DNA of 63,004 nucleotides, the filler included, from Octopus bimaculoides (taxonomy: Eukaryota), in the NCBI RefSeq assembly GCF_001194135.2. It is 8 parts of 8 records of this genome, joined end to end, with 100 filler letters (N's around TTAATTAATTAA, not from the genome) between each part and the next. Parts side by side here need not be neighbours in the genome. Positions count along the whole stretch, not along the records: positions 1 to 18,783 come from NC_068983.1; 7 more parts are not named here. One strand, written 5' to 3'. The notes below the pieces were generated by a model. It had not been told where the DNA came from. It did no database searches and was given only the letters and a program-made list of their open reading frames with translations. Below, one piece after another: positions 1-12,379 of the stretch; position 1 is the first letter of the stretch; each line of letters starts with the position of its first letter. Made by a program: the position numbers and the translations under genes.

Positions 1-129
1 ACGTTTAAGCAAGAGTTCGCGCGAAAATACTACGTTAAAAAAGAACGTTAAAATAGAGAATAGAATACGAAAGCATGAATGAAATAATAATACTTAAATA
101 AATGAATGAAAAATTTAAAATTTATATAA

Positions 130-175
<46 letters not shown>

Positions 176-1374
176 AAGCGTAAGTGTGTGTGTGAGTTCG
201 ATGTATCTTATAATTTAATGAGTTATTAAAATTATAAAAAGTGTACGTTTAAACAAATATACAATCAACCTATATCAAAATATTACAGTTGAATCGTTGC
301 TTTAAAATATATCAAAATATAAATGGGAAATTGATTGTATTTCATGACACATCGTGAATGGTGGTCAAAGGGAAATAAATGAGAGAAATTTCAATGAAAC
401 CTCGAGTCATAAGACACGAGCTGTCAATTTTCTGTGGAAACATTTGTAACTTCATGGATTTAAAATATTCCATATTCATTTGTAGTTTAATTGCGTAACT
501 AAACATTAAACTGTGTACAGATCTATTGGTATATTTATTTCCGAAAATAAAATTGAAAATAATCATCACGTACAAGGAATTCGCTGATGTGTTCAATAGT
601 TTTGATTTTATGTGATATAATAATTCTTTTCGTTTACTTATGTTTATTTATATCACTCTATTCCTATTACATATATGGAGCATCCTCGGAGACTCGCTTT
701 ACAATACATTCTTGCTGTATTTTTTCCCACTGCCTACGTTCTCATTATGTCTCTATTAATAGGACCAGTTTCTCGACACAGCTATACTTTTTACATTTTA
801 CTCGTTATACTCATTGGGCTGCTGCCAGTCCGCGGTACTCTCATGAATTATTTAGTCGAACGGATTGACCTCAATGCGCATCACAAACGCAAAGATATAC
901 ATACACACAAACTTTCAAAGTGAACTAATTCAAGCAAGCTTCTTGCGTTGCTATTCAGTCGAAGGTGATAGCGTTACTTTTTAAATCGAATTGAATTCTG
1001 GTTTCATATTCAGCTCTACTGTTATTAAAATTGAATCGTTGTTTTAAAATGTTTATTTATATTACAGTTAATTGTAGCAATGTTGTTTACACTTTACTAT
1101 ATGGAGTATATTATTTAATTCGGAGGTATTTCACATATTTTGTGTTTATACCCTCAATTAATATTTTTGTTATTATTATTATTATTATTATAATTATATT
1201 TATAAGTATTATTTGCATAAATATCATTAATTATGTGAAACATTATTTTAAGTGGTACAATTAATATAGATGGTAAGTTTTGTTTATTTAAATCGTTTAA
1301 ACGTATAGTTGGTTCAGTGTAGACATCTTTTAGCCTGTTCCTGTCTATTGTTTATTAGAGCAAATTTATAAGTG

Positions 1375-1700
1375 AAAATTTGGTGGATTTCTTCCACACA
1401 AAGGTCAAATCGATTATCACCTATTCTATAAGGTTCTGCTTTACTATATATTTCAGAAGCAATCTATAATACCTTATTACTATATTTTGGTGCCCAAATT
1501 AGCTTACTAAGGCTAGTAGTATTTATTTTGTTCTTATATCTAAACGAATTTAATTATAAAATTTTCTATGCTTAATATAACATGAGCTAGATCCAATATA
1601 GAAAGACTCCTTATTCTCTGAGGTAACCTTACATCTGTTATACCTACAATTAGAGCTAAGGAGACAGCCACTGTTCCTTGCACAATCACATTTAACAGTT
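1375..1700 (-). mobile_element. Decayed Penelope-like element, GIY-YIG endonuclease region (Naiad-like)
   Basis: Minus-strand translation across frameshifts gives KCDCARNSGCLLSSNCRYNRCKVTSENKESFYIGSSS...FRYKNKINTTSLSKLIW...SKAEPYRIGDNRFDLCVEE: a Cys-rich linker followed by a GIY-YIG-type domain, similar to the better-preserved copy at 35622-35912. Confidence 0.7.
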
Positions 1701-1959
1701 ATACTGCTCCTATTACTAGTATCCACTTGCCCTCCTCCGGATGTGATTTCTATATTCTACTGTCTCTGTTCTAAGCTGTTAGTCTTTTGCACATAGACAA
1801 CATTCTGAGTACTGCGCTGTTTACGGTACCATATGGTATAATTATAAACGGAAAATTTTGGCCATATCTCCTCAGACTGAAGTACAGACGACAATTTAAT
1901 TTATTTGCTCCTCAGACTGAAAAAAATGAACAACCTTATACATATATGTGTGCGTATAT

Positions 1960-2172
1960 ATGTTTGTGTGTCTGTGTTAGTCTCACACCATCGCTTTGAC
2001 AATCGATGTTGGTCTGTTTACGCCCCCGTAAACAAGTGGCTCGGCAAAAGAGACGGATGGAATAAGTAATAGGTTTACAAAGAATAAGTCTCGGGGTCGA
2101 TTTGTTTGACTAAAGGCGGTGATCCAGCATGGCCGTAGTCAAATGACTGAAACAAGGAAAAGAATAAAAGAA
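1960..2172 (+). mobile_element. SINE 3' half (CORE-like tRNA-SINE family)
   Basis: Matches the 3' half of the full copy at 58564-58952 (gaataag..ggtttacaaagaataagtc..gactaaaggcgg..ccagcatggccg..agtcaaatgactgaaacaag) and ends in an aagaataaaagaata tail. Confidence 0.85.
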
Positions 2173-2174
2173 TA

Positions 2175-2345
2175 TAGATATACAATGGGATTTTCTGTGA
2201 GTTTGTCTCTACCGAACACATAACGCTTTGGTTTGTTCCAGGTCTATAGTAGAAGACATTGGCCAAGATGCTGTCACAGTGGAATTAAACTTAAGACAAC
2301 ATAGTTGATAAGCAAGCTTCATAATTAAACAGCTATGCCTGCACC
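2175..2345 (-). mobile_element. SINE 5' half (same family), degenerate, convergent with the preceding fragment
   Basis: The reverse complement resembles the head of 58564-58952 (ggtgcagg..gctgt..aagcttgctt..caac..ttggccaa-tgtcttctactataga). Confidence 0.6.
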
Positions 2346-5119
2346 CATACTATTTTCAGATTTTAATATACATGCAATAATTACAATAACTGTTTATGTT
2401 TTTTAGAGAACATGCACAGCAATTTTCTTTCCCTCTAAACTTTATGTAACATTCACATACACTATATTTTTGAAGTTACTTGAACAATATAGCTATATCT
2501 ATTTATCTTCTATCTTTCTATAACTCTAGCTCTATCTCTGGATATGCATACACATACACATATATGCATATGTATATATACAACGAAACATGGTGATTAG
2601 TAGTGTGTGGAAATGGTGAAAGTTTAATAGAAAAAGAAATACAAAATAGGTTGATATACAGCTAAACAGAAAGAGATTTAATAGATAAAACAAGCTGAAA
2701 TTATTGAACAGACTATGACAAAGACAATCAGTATTTATCCAATTTCTATCGATTCCTATAAATAACTACGTCTGAAACAAAACCCAAAAGTGACAGTATC
2801 GTTGCAATTAGGAGAACTGATATGCAAATCAGCAAATAACCATTATTAACCAATGTTGTTTGGGCTTCTGAATTATTTATCAGCTGATAGATTCATCAAT
2901 TTATCTCGTCATTAGTTATTTCTAATAAAGTAAATTATAGATGACAATTTCAGATGCTGATTATATTCAAGTAAAAATTCCTATTTTCCTTTTCTTTCTA
3001 GCTATGATATTGAATGTTATTATCTGTTGTTCTATAATTGGAACAGCAGATCAATTAGATTAAAGAAGTGAAGTGATGGTGGTTTGTCCTCTTTCGTGTC
3101 TCTATATCACCAATTTTTTGTAATAGCCTCACAAGCAACGAAGCTAAGAATTCGATAGTTCCTTTAATTATTTAATGTTGCACCAATAAAAACGAGTCGA
3201 TGATTATAAGTAGTAGTCGTTGATAAAAATTAACTGTGAATTATGAAAGATATATTTTGCTGTATTTATAAAAATTGAAATATTAACTTGCATGAATTAT
3301 GCGATATTAGATTAGAATATGAAGAGTAATTTTGACAAGAAACTCAGCAGAATAATAAGAAAATTTGATTATAGTTATAGTTCATATACATTAATTTTAT
3401 TAATATATCTAAGTGCGATGTCATATACCCTATCTTAACTAAAAAACGAAAAGAGAAATGTGATTGAAATTTAGTTTAATAGGCTTCACATTTTGTCTCT
3501 TGCACAAATGAAGTCAGAGACCAGATATTTATTCAAGTAGAAAATATTTAAAGTTACAAGGAGAAAAATAGATAACTCAAATTTCTACTTACGTCATATG
3601 AGGTGATCTTTATAAAAAGCTTTTCAAGTTATGATTTGCAACCGACCAAGAATAAAATATTTTGATCAAGGATTAAAAGGTTTTATTTATTGTAAAATCA
3701 TAGATTTATCAACAAGCCAGCATAAAATATTAAGAGTATCAATAAGTATTTTAACTAAAATATCTTAAAATCAAATCTTTAAACTAGTAACAAAAATCAA
3801 CCTAGATAACGTTTAGGAACAAGATTGGATTATATCGTATTTATACTTTTGAAAATGACTTTGAAGTGATTCATCTAATGCCGTTGTTATGAGTGTCAAA
3901 ATAACGAGACAAAGCTCCTGTGATGAACTGTCGCATCATTCAGAACTAGTGCTTAAGTATATAAGAATGCCGAGATTTAAATCAATTTCAGAATTACTCA
4001 GCAAAAAGAAGCTTTATATGAAAGCAGAAATCCTTTGAATAGCTCGTTGACACCATGGAATAAAGAGTGACATTGATTCCCAGGTGCATCTAAGATTCCT
4101 TTGTATCTACACCGGATTTGTATAGCTGGAGAAAACCACAAAGTTAATAAAATCATAATAAATGTTTACAGCACATTCATTCCCAACTTATTTTTAGTTA
4201 TCATTAAGCAATATTGGGCTTCTGGGTGCATTGTGAAACATTCGCGATGCATTCTCTTTGGAATCTGCACATGTTGTTTGTGACTGCTTCCATCCAAATT
4301 CAGTTCCAATAGTAATTAAACTCTATTCCTTTAACGGCTTCTTCACAGTTTCCATGCGTCGGATTTCACTTAGAATCATCGGTAAACTGCAGTATATTAA
4401 AAAACACTTAGCATTCAGCGCGACTGAAGTCAGAAACATTAGGCTAACCACTTTTACATCATATGGCTATGAACGTTTACTCATCACCGAAAATGATACA
4501 ACCTAACTCCAATTATTTCTCCAATAATAACAGAAATATTACAAAATACAATACACCAGGGATATAGATATTATACATCTATATGACATGTTTGAGACTA
4601 TTTAGAATGTTTGAAACAACTGAAACTAAATACATTAAATATTTCCCTTTTCAAAAGAAATCTTGCATTTAATGGGACGTTTCACATATTCCACTTTTTT
4701 CAAACTTTATACCTATGAGATAAAAAGGAATGTTTGCCTGGTATGTAGCGAACACATAAAGAATTTTGGAACAAGTAAGGAACAAAGAATCTCGAAGATG
4801 TAATACTCTGTGTAGTGGGAATGATACTGATAAACTTATATTACGATATATCACCCAAATATAAATATATTCGTTATATTGTACTATTTTGTGAAAGCCA
4901 TATAATGTATTTCAAGTTGTATAAGTTAAAGGTTCTATAAGTTAAGTTTCAACAGATTGGAGACTTTATAGAGTATTCAAATATGATGCAAATACAATAG
5001 TACTTGTTCATTCTTCCTGCTAATATATAATCTATAGTGGACTGTCTGATGCATATGCAAGATGGCTTCTAATATCAAGTAGCGTCACATATGCTACTAA
5101 CATATGCAACGTTATCAAC

Positions 5120-5163
<44 letters not shown>

Positions 5164-6724
5164 NNNNNNNNNNNNNNNNNNNNNNNNNNNNNNNNNNNNN
5201 NNNNNNNNNNNNNNNNNNNNNNNNNNNNNNNNNNNNNNNNNNNNNNNNNNNNNNNNNNNNNNNNNNNATTGATAGAAAATAATTGATATTCTATATAAAG
5301 CGTTTGGGGGTGTACTTCAACTCAATTACGCACAACAAAACGGCCGACTAAGCATAATTAAATGTTGAAGCCCCACCACATATAACTGAGAAAAGAAGTG
5401 ACAAAGATTTATGAATCATTGTGTATAATGGAGCATTTTATCCAAAGCCACTTCTTCAAAGTTCATCCGTTACAGTTTGTCATGTTTGATTTTATGTATA
5501 TATCTCTGATTGATGGTATTATAAGTGCGTGATTATCTAGCTGACTTTTCATCAAGATTTTATGATGCATAACAGAAAAGGTTTTATTTCTTTGAATGTA
5601 ATGTCAAATGAAGAAACTGCCTATTGGTATAGAAATACAGGAAAATAATAAATATGTTTACTGGTTTCAAACAAAAAAGGAAAGACATTAGTAATAGTTA
5701 CTCTGAAATATATTTATTATACTACGTACAGAAATATTTGGATTATAATATATTAAAAAATATTGTATGGAACTGTGTATTGATCAAATCTTATAGAAAC
5801 AAATATTGTAAACTTAAAAGTGAAGATCCTTTGGCAATGTAAGTTTGGTATTGTTTGACTAAAGGAAATTACCTCTAATTTTCAGATAATTGCGAAATAA
5901 TATAGAACATGACCACTTTTATCTGGAGTATTGTCAGCGTTATTGAAGTGAAATGTTTCAGAATGGAGAACAAACTCAATGTGAAACTGTAAAATAGCAG
6001 CATGTAACGATTAATTGGATAAAATTATGTCTATAATTGCATGCACAACATCAGTGTAGATGCAGGATGCTGTACTATCATTTTTAGGATAGTTTCCATT
6101 TAATGCATCGCTGTCGTTACGATTCGGTTCCCAACGATATATGCTATATTTTGTAATACTACTTTTAAAAAGTTGAAGTAAACTGGCATCAGTGAATCTT
6201 ATGAGGTATAATCAGAATAATGAGGTATATGTTACATAATTGTTAGAATGTTTGCAACTGGAGAATGGATTATGTACTATAAGCACATCCAGAAATTATC
6301 TTAAAGAAAAATCATGCAGTCTTTAAAACACCGGAAAATTTAAGAGATATTTCAAAATTCAAAGTTTTGGCTATAATAACCAATAATAAATATATCTAGT
6401 CACAAAATAACATAACTAATACAAAGAGTATTAGATAAGGGGTTATAATTGTTTGTTTGCAACCAGAATCTTTATTTCATTGTAAACTAAGATATAAGGC
6501 TATTGTGTAGATATTTAAAGTAATTGTAAATAAATAGGGTAAAATATTTAAAGTTATTTTGCACTGCTCTTTAGAGAGAGGAGAAAATGAATAAATGTTT
6601 TCCAAAGTTAACTTGAAATCAGCAACAGTTTTCTAAGTGCTGATGTTTGATTTTATACGAGTTTCAAATATTATTTTTGAAAATATAAAAATCATCAGTT
6701 CTATGTTTAAGAGATAAGGAATTA

Positions 6725-6891
6725 TGTACATTATTTACAATATTTGCATTTGACGGATATTTGTCCTTATCTTGTCTGTTGTTTACACAACGTTTCGGAT
6801 GATATACCCTCCAATCGTTCATCAGGTGCCTTGGGGAAATTTCGAAACTGGGTTCTCATTCCTAAGGTATTTTTCGATGTTGTTGTTGTTG

Positions 6892-6961
<70 letters not shown>

Positions 6962-6966
6962 AGTCA
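6725..6966 (-). mobile_element. Hammerhead-bearing SINE-like element: tail plus (AAC)n/(AAT)n linker, tRNA head absent
   Basis: The minus strand reads (AAT)n(AAC)n-atcgaaaaataccttaggaatgagaacccagtttcgaaatttccccaaGGCAC-CTGATGA-A-..-GAAACGTT-GTGT-aaacaacagacaagataaggacaaatatccgtcaaatgcaaat. Its 3' 80 nt are an inverted copy of 7065-7145. Confidence 0.7.
6785..6830 (-). ncRNA. Minimal type-I hammerhead ribozyme motif (stem II partly decayed)
   Basis: GCAC (stem I) - CTGATGA (core) - extra A - CGATTG/gagggtatat/CATCC (stem II) - GAAACGTT (core plus palindromic ACGT stem III, GUU site) - GTGT (stem I'). Confidence 0.65.
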
Positions 6967-7145
6967 TATGGAGTTGTGGTTAAGAGAGCGGGCTACTAAC
7001 CCCAAGATTCCGAGTTCGATTCCAAGCAGTGACATGAATAATAATAATAATAAATGATAATTATTATATCAGCCGAAACGTTGTGTTAACAACAAACAAG
7101 ATGATGACAAATATCCATCAAATATAAATAATGTAAATAATGTAA
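6965..7145 (+). mobile_element. tRNA-derived SINE-like element: tRNA head, (AAT)n, internally deleted hammerhead tail
   Basis: A-box-like TGGAGTTGTGG, anticodon-like arm CGGG-CTACTAA-CCCC, B-box GAGTTCGATTCC (7012-7023), then (AAT)n, then tatatCAGCC-GAAACGTT-GTGT-taacaacaaacaagatgatgacaaatatccatcaaat. Confidence 0.7.
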
Positions 7146-7149
7146 AAGT

Positions 7150-8100
7150 CACCATTGTTGAATCATTTTCAGAAGACCACGATGTTTACATTTACAGTGA
7201 AGAACCGCTTCATATGATGACAAAAAGGGAATTAGTTTCCCTGTTTTAGGAACTAAGCTTTTGAGCATACAAGGCGGGTAACTGTAGTCACTCTGTATAC
7301 AAAACATAATTCGATAATGCTTGCGATAAAGTCTCAAACTGTTGAATATTAGATCTAAAAGTGATATCTAAACAATTGATTTTACAGGAGTCTTTTACAA
7401 AGTATTTTGTCAAGAGTGTACAGATTCTTAAGCCTTGTCAGCCGAGAGGAATATTTTATCGTAACATCGCAAAAATTTAAGCTTTCTTTGAGAGATCATT
7501 GGAAGCTGCTGCTCACTGCGCTGTTTTATTTATTTTTTTATTAGTCTCTTTTTTTTTACAAGATTTTTTTTTTACAAGATCTTTTTGAAAATACTAGGTC
7601 CTTAATCGCTGGAGGAATTTTCTGGATTTAAGTCTATACTTATAGTCCATACTTACAGTCAGAAAGATATTGTTCCAGTTTTTGCTATTCATCATTCATC
7701 CTGTATTATTAAGTTTTTAATTCAATTTCAACTCGCTGTCTAATATTTATATTATTCTGTGAATGTTATTTTGAAAAGTAACAAAGCGTTGTCTAATCAG
7801 ATTTAACTGTTTATTTGATAGGATACTAAATAATTCTCAGTACACCATTTATTGAAATTTATATACCATTATATTGTTCCATATATTCATGGCAGTCTTC
7901 TATAGATTCTCAAGTGTGTGTGGTCAGTATCAGTGATTAAATACACAACTATGCACTTAGAGTTAAAAAGGCCTCTCTTGATGGAAAAATATCTCCTGGT
8001 TCTAGTATTATATGATCGCTTTATTTTTGATGCCGAATGTATTCGAGATATAAATGTTAAGTTTTCAATCTTCTTAAAGAAAGTCATTACTCAGTGTATC
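7150..8100 (-). mobile_element. Highly decayed PLE reverse-transcriptase remnant (Naiad-like)
   Basis: The minus strand near 7250-7370 gives CLDITF/DLIFNSLRLYRKH..IQSDYSYPPCMLKSL, resembling the FLD..L..F.PY.KPN..SNHPP thumb region of the 39.2-40.0 kb RT. Upstream motifs are weak. Confidence 0.35.
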
Positions 8101-8479
8101 TTGATATGAACAAGCGATAAAAAAAAAAGCCCCATCTGAAAAAGATTAACTAAGAAAGTATAAATTCACTATTCGAAAGTAATATGTTGAAAGTGCAGAA
8201 AATATAAATAACATAGCATCAGAAGTTGCGAATATGTTTTAAAATATTATATACATGATGTTGAATAAATATGTAGTACGTTTTCAAGAACAAGTAGCGA
8301 GAATGTAAATATTTTGATGCATTCAACAACAATGGGTATCGTAGATATATTTGGATAAATACAACAGGCAGAGAAAGATTCAAATATTCCACGAAATGGA
8401 TAGACAACATCTATAAAAGTTTATAATACGCTCAACGAAAAAGACGGGGAAAACAATAGATTAAGAGGAAATAAAAATA

Positions 8480-9130
8480 AACGTGAATTCTTACACGGTG
8501 ATATAATGCATTGCTTCTGATTAAACTCCCTAAAACGCAGTCACAATTTCCAGAATATTTACATGGAGAAAACTAAATATACAACAATAATATAGAAAAA
8601 CAAAACAATTGAATCTATGACACTAAGAACCCAGGTTTGAAGAAAATGATAAGCATAAATGGTTAGATCAATAAGATTTTATCCAGCTTTTGCAAAACAT
8701 TGGCTACGTTTCTAAATAACCGCTATGTTAACCATCCATACAGAAATGGATTAATACAAATATCGACAAAATAGTGCAACAAAGCCCTTTTGAAAGATTC
8801 CCGAGAGAAAACGATAAAAATCAGCATTCAATGACCACGATAAAATGCTTCTGACTATATCCACAGCTTTCTGATCCTATAACAAATATTATCAATAAAC
8901 ATCTATATATGCGGGTAAATGCAGAATTTATGAGAATAAGAGAGTAAAGTCAAGGTGGAGACAATATACACTAGTAAATGTAATATTCTGAAGCGATTCT
9001 CTCCATCCTTCTTTGTTTTGTTTTGCAACAACTCCATTAAGCATATTGTTCGTGAAAACAAGTCTTAAGTATATTATAGAAAGTTCTAATATTAATACCT
9101 ATGGATACATTGGGATATTTCAGAAACTAT
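8480..9130 (+). mobile_element. Decayed R4/Dong-type RT remnant
   Basis: gtaatattctgaagcgattctctccatcc resembles GIFQGDSLSP, with traces of the flanking RT motifs; many stops and frameshifts. Confidence 0.35.
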
Positions 9131-10348
9131 GAAAACAAAAGTCAGCTGATGTACAGTTAGGAGTTCTTAAGTGTTGTTACATCTAGGCTGGTTTGGGAAG
9201 AACAATTCTTTGTGGATCCATTTATGTTCCACTCCATGTTTTGTGATATTCGAGGTGAGAAGTAAATAGTAATAGAAGTAAATAAATATCTCATAGTTAA
9301 CTTTAGTACAAGGAACAAAGCAATATCAGGCTTCTTTTCATGAGGAAGGTGAATGAATGCAACTCTAATGTGAGATCCTACTTTGGCATAATATTATTAA
9401 AGAAAATCTGTGAAAATTTTATCGATATAGACTGTGATCAAGAAATTATCAAATAAGTTAACCATTTCGAAGTCACTTTTGATATATATCATTAAGCAAG
9501 GAAGTTAAAAGTTATATCATGATGGTATGTATCCGATTGCCTTTTTCAGAAAAAAACTGAAGCTTTTATTATGTTTCTAGATTTATTTCAAATTTTGAAA
9601 AGGAAATACTGATGCAAAGTTATGGGACAAGATAGAATATAAGCGTTGTATTTACATGTTAGGGTAAAATACATCGATAGATATAAATATTTAATCACCA
9701 ATTTAAACATAAATAGATATTACAATTAAAACAACAATAATAATTATAATGGAAGTCGTTTCTGCCTTTATAACCATGCAGCAGCTCAGAATTTAAGGAC
9801 AGATGAAAAAAGAACAAATATGCAAGCTTTCTACGAGAAGCCTTATACATCGATAACACTCAGAACTAATCAAAACACATACATACGTTAACTACTATTT
9901 CTACACATTGTCTAAATATCACTTGACAATTTAGCAGGTGGACACTTATGTCTTGGCCTTATTAGAATAGGATTTCCTAATTTAGCTATTGGAATATCTG
10001 CCAATGTGTTTAAACTCCATTCTCAATAAGAAAAAAATAAAACAAAAGAACTGGTGTGACCTAATCTCAGAGGTCGAAGAACCAATTACGCTATGAACCT
10101 TCCAGTGTACACTATCCAGGTTATCAGAGGGAGATGTATAATAAATATCGACAATATACTTGTGAAAATATATACTAGTATATAAATATAAATATAAATA
10201 TATATATAAATATATATATATACATCTATATATATAAATAAATATACGCTCATACATACGCTCATACGCGCATACAGACACAACACACACTCACAAAAAC
10301 ACGCGCACGCACACACTCTCACGCACACACACGCACACACACGCACAC

Positions 10349-10427
<79 letters not shown>

Positions 10428-11147
10428 NNNNNNNNNNNNNNNNNNNNNNNNNNNNNNNNNNNNNNNNNNNNNNNNNNNNNNNNNNNNNNNNNNNNNNNNN
10501 NNNNNNNNNNNNNNNNNNNNNNNNNNNNNNNNNNNNNNNNNNNNNNNNNNNNNNNNNNNNNNNNNNNNNNNNNNNNNNNNNNNNNNNNNNNNNNNNNNNN
10601 NNNNNNNNNNNNNNNNNNNNNNNNNNNNNNNNNNNNNNNNNNNNNNNNNNNNNNNNNNNNNNNNNNNNNNNNNNNNNNNNNNNNNNNNNNNNNNNNNNNN
10701 NNNNNNNNNNNNNNNNNNNNNNNNNNNNNNNNNNNNNNNNNNNNNNNNNNNNNNNNNNNNNNNNNNNNNNNNNNNNNNNNNNNNNNNNNNNNNNNNNNNN
10801 NNNNNNNNNNNNNNNNNNNNNNNNNNNNNNNNNNNNNNNNNNNNNNNNNNNNNNNNNNNNNNNNNNNNNNNNNNNNNNNNNNNNNNNNNNNNNNNNNNNN
10901 NNNNNNNNNNNNNNNNNNNNNNNNNNNNNNNNNNNNNNNNNNNNNNNNNNNNNNNNNNNNNNNNNNNNNNNNNNNNNNNNNNNNNNNNNNNNNNNNNNNN
11001 NNNNNNNNNNNNNNNNNNNNNNNNNNNNNNNNNNNNNNNNNNNNNNNNNNNNNNNNNNNNNNNNNNNNNNNNNNNNNNNNNNNNNNNNNNNNNNNNNNNN
11101 NNNNNNNNNNNNNNNNNNTATATATATATATACATATATATATATAT

Positions 11148-12170
11148 GATCACCTCCGAGACATCAGACTGGGCAACGACACACCGTCCTACCGGACTCT
11201 TTTTACAACACCTGTCTGTGTTCTGATTGTCCTTGCACAGGAGCCATCCGGACTCCCATCTTCACCGTAAGCAGGGATTGATCTTCTCTCTTCACCCCTT
11301 TGCGACACATGGGCTCAAATCTCCTCCCCTCTTCATCTAACCCTCCTCCTCTCTCTCCTCTCTTCCTCTCACACCTACTTCCTCCCACCCATCTCTCTTC
11401 TCTTGCTTTGGCACCTAGTTCCTCTCTTCACTCCTACCCACCTTCCATCTTCCATCCTCTCCCTTCATCGTCACCCCTCCCACGTTACCCCACCCCTACA
11501 CCTTCCAACTCCACCATCCATATACATCCCATCCCATCCCATCCATTATACCCCATTTTTGCTTCCCCCACTCTCGCTTCCCCCACACCCCAACACCACC
11601 ACACTACACCACACCATGACACCACACACTACCACACCATCACACCACACACTACCACACCACACTACTACGCCAAACACCACCACACCTCACACAACCA
11701 TACCACACCACACCGAATCACCCCACCCAAACACACTAGCACTGACCACTTCCCAGCACCCACACCAGCGCATACACTAGCACTGGCCCCTTCCCAGCAC
11801 CTATACTATCATCCACACACCTACACATGCAGACACGTAGACGTCAATATCACCAGCCCCGTTCCACACGCACATACACGCTCTCACATACACTCGCACG
11901 CGCACCATTTTGTTATCACCACAACTTTATTATCTACCATTCTTCCTAGCTCTCCTGTGTGACCTCTCTGTCCGGCATTTACTATGATAGATCGCTAGCC
12001 ACTAAACTTTTTTTCTATGTTCTCTCCCTGTTTATTTCTATGTTCTTTTCTGTCGAAGAGCGTAGGCTCGAAACGTAAAAGATTTTCTCATTTCCCGAGC
12101 GTTAAACTAATACATCTGCTTGTTGATTACACACCCGTCTTCGTCTTTTGTTTTTTTATAAATTCTCACT
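11148..12170 (+). mobile_element. 3' end of a Penelope-like element: GIY-YIG C-terminus, CT/CA-rich spacer, 3' repeat with hammerhead-like motif
   Basis: 11148-11340 translates with a frameshift as DHLRDIRLGNDTP...LSVF*LSLHRSHPDSH..RK..LIFSL..F..HGL, typical of the end of a PLE GIY-YIG domain. 11960-12170 is homologous to 30580-30785 and 51765-51925. Confidence 0.7.
12045..12082 (+). ncRNA. Hammerhead-like motif with non-canonical core (CUGUCGA)
   Basis: CTTTT-CTGTCGA-A-GAGC/gtag/GCTC-GAAACGTA-AAAGA. Confidence 0.45.
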
Positions 12171-12254
12171 ACACACACACACACACACACACAGACACAC
12201 ACACAGACACACACACACACACACATACATATGTATGCATATATCTACATGTGC

Positions 12255-12372
12255 GTGTTTTTCTGTCTGCTTACTACCCACGTCACCGCTTCAAGCCGGT
12301 GTTGGTGTGTTTACATCACTGTAAGCTATGGTTCGGTAAAAGAGATCGATGAAATAAGTACTAGGCTTGCCA
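12255..12372 (+). mobile_element. SINE internal/3' fragment (CORE-like family)
   Basis: ggtgttggtgtgtttacatc..ggttcggtaaaagagatcgatgaaataagtactaggctt matches the 58.8 kb copy. Confidence 0.7.
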
Positions 12373-12379
12373 AAAACTT

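Noticed and set aside
6965-7036. Functional tRNA gene
   Set aside because: No acceptor-stem pairing and an atypical ACT anticodon, and it runs into a repeat tail: it is a SINE head. The same applies to the heads at 14.3, 34.1, 56.9 and 58.6 kb.
11300-11962. 220-aa Pro/His/Thr-rich ORF
   Set aside because: Low-complexity CT/CA-rich spacer within the PLE 3' region.
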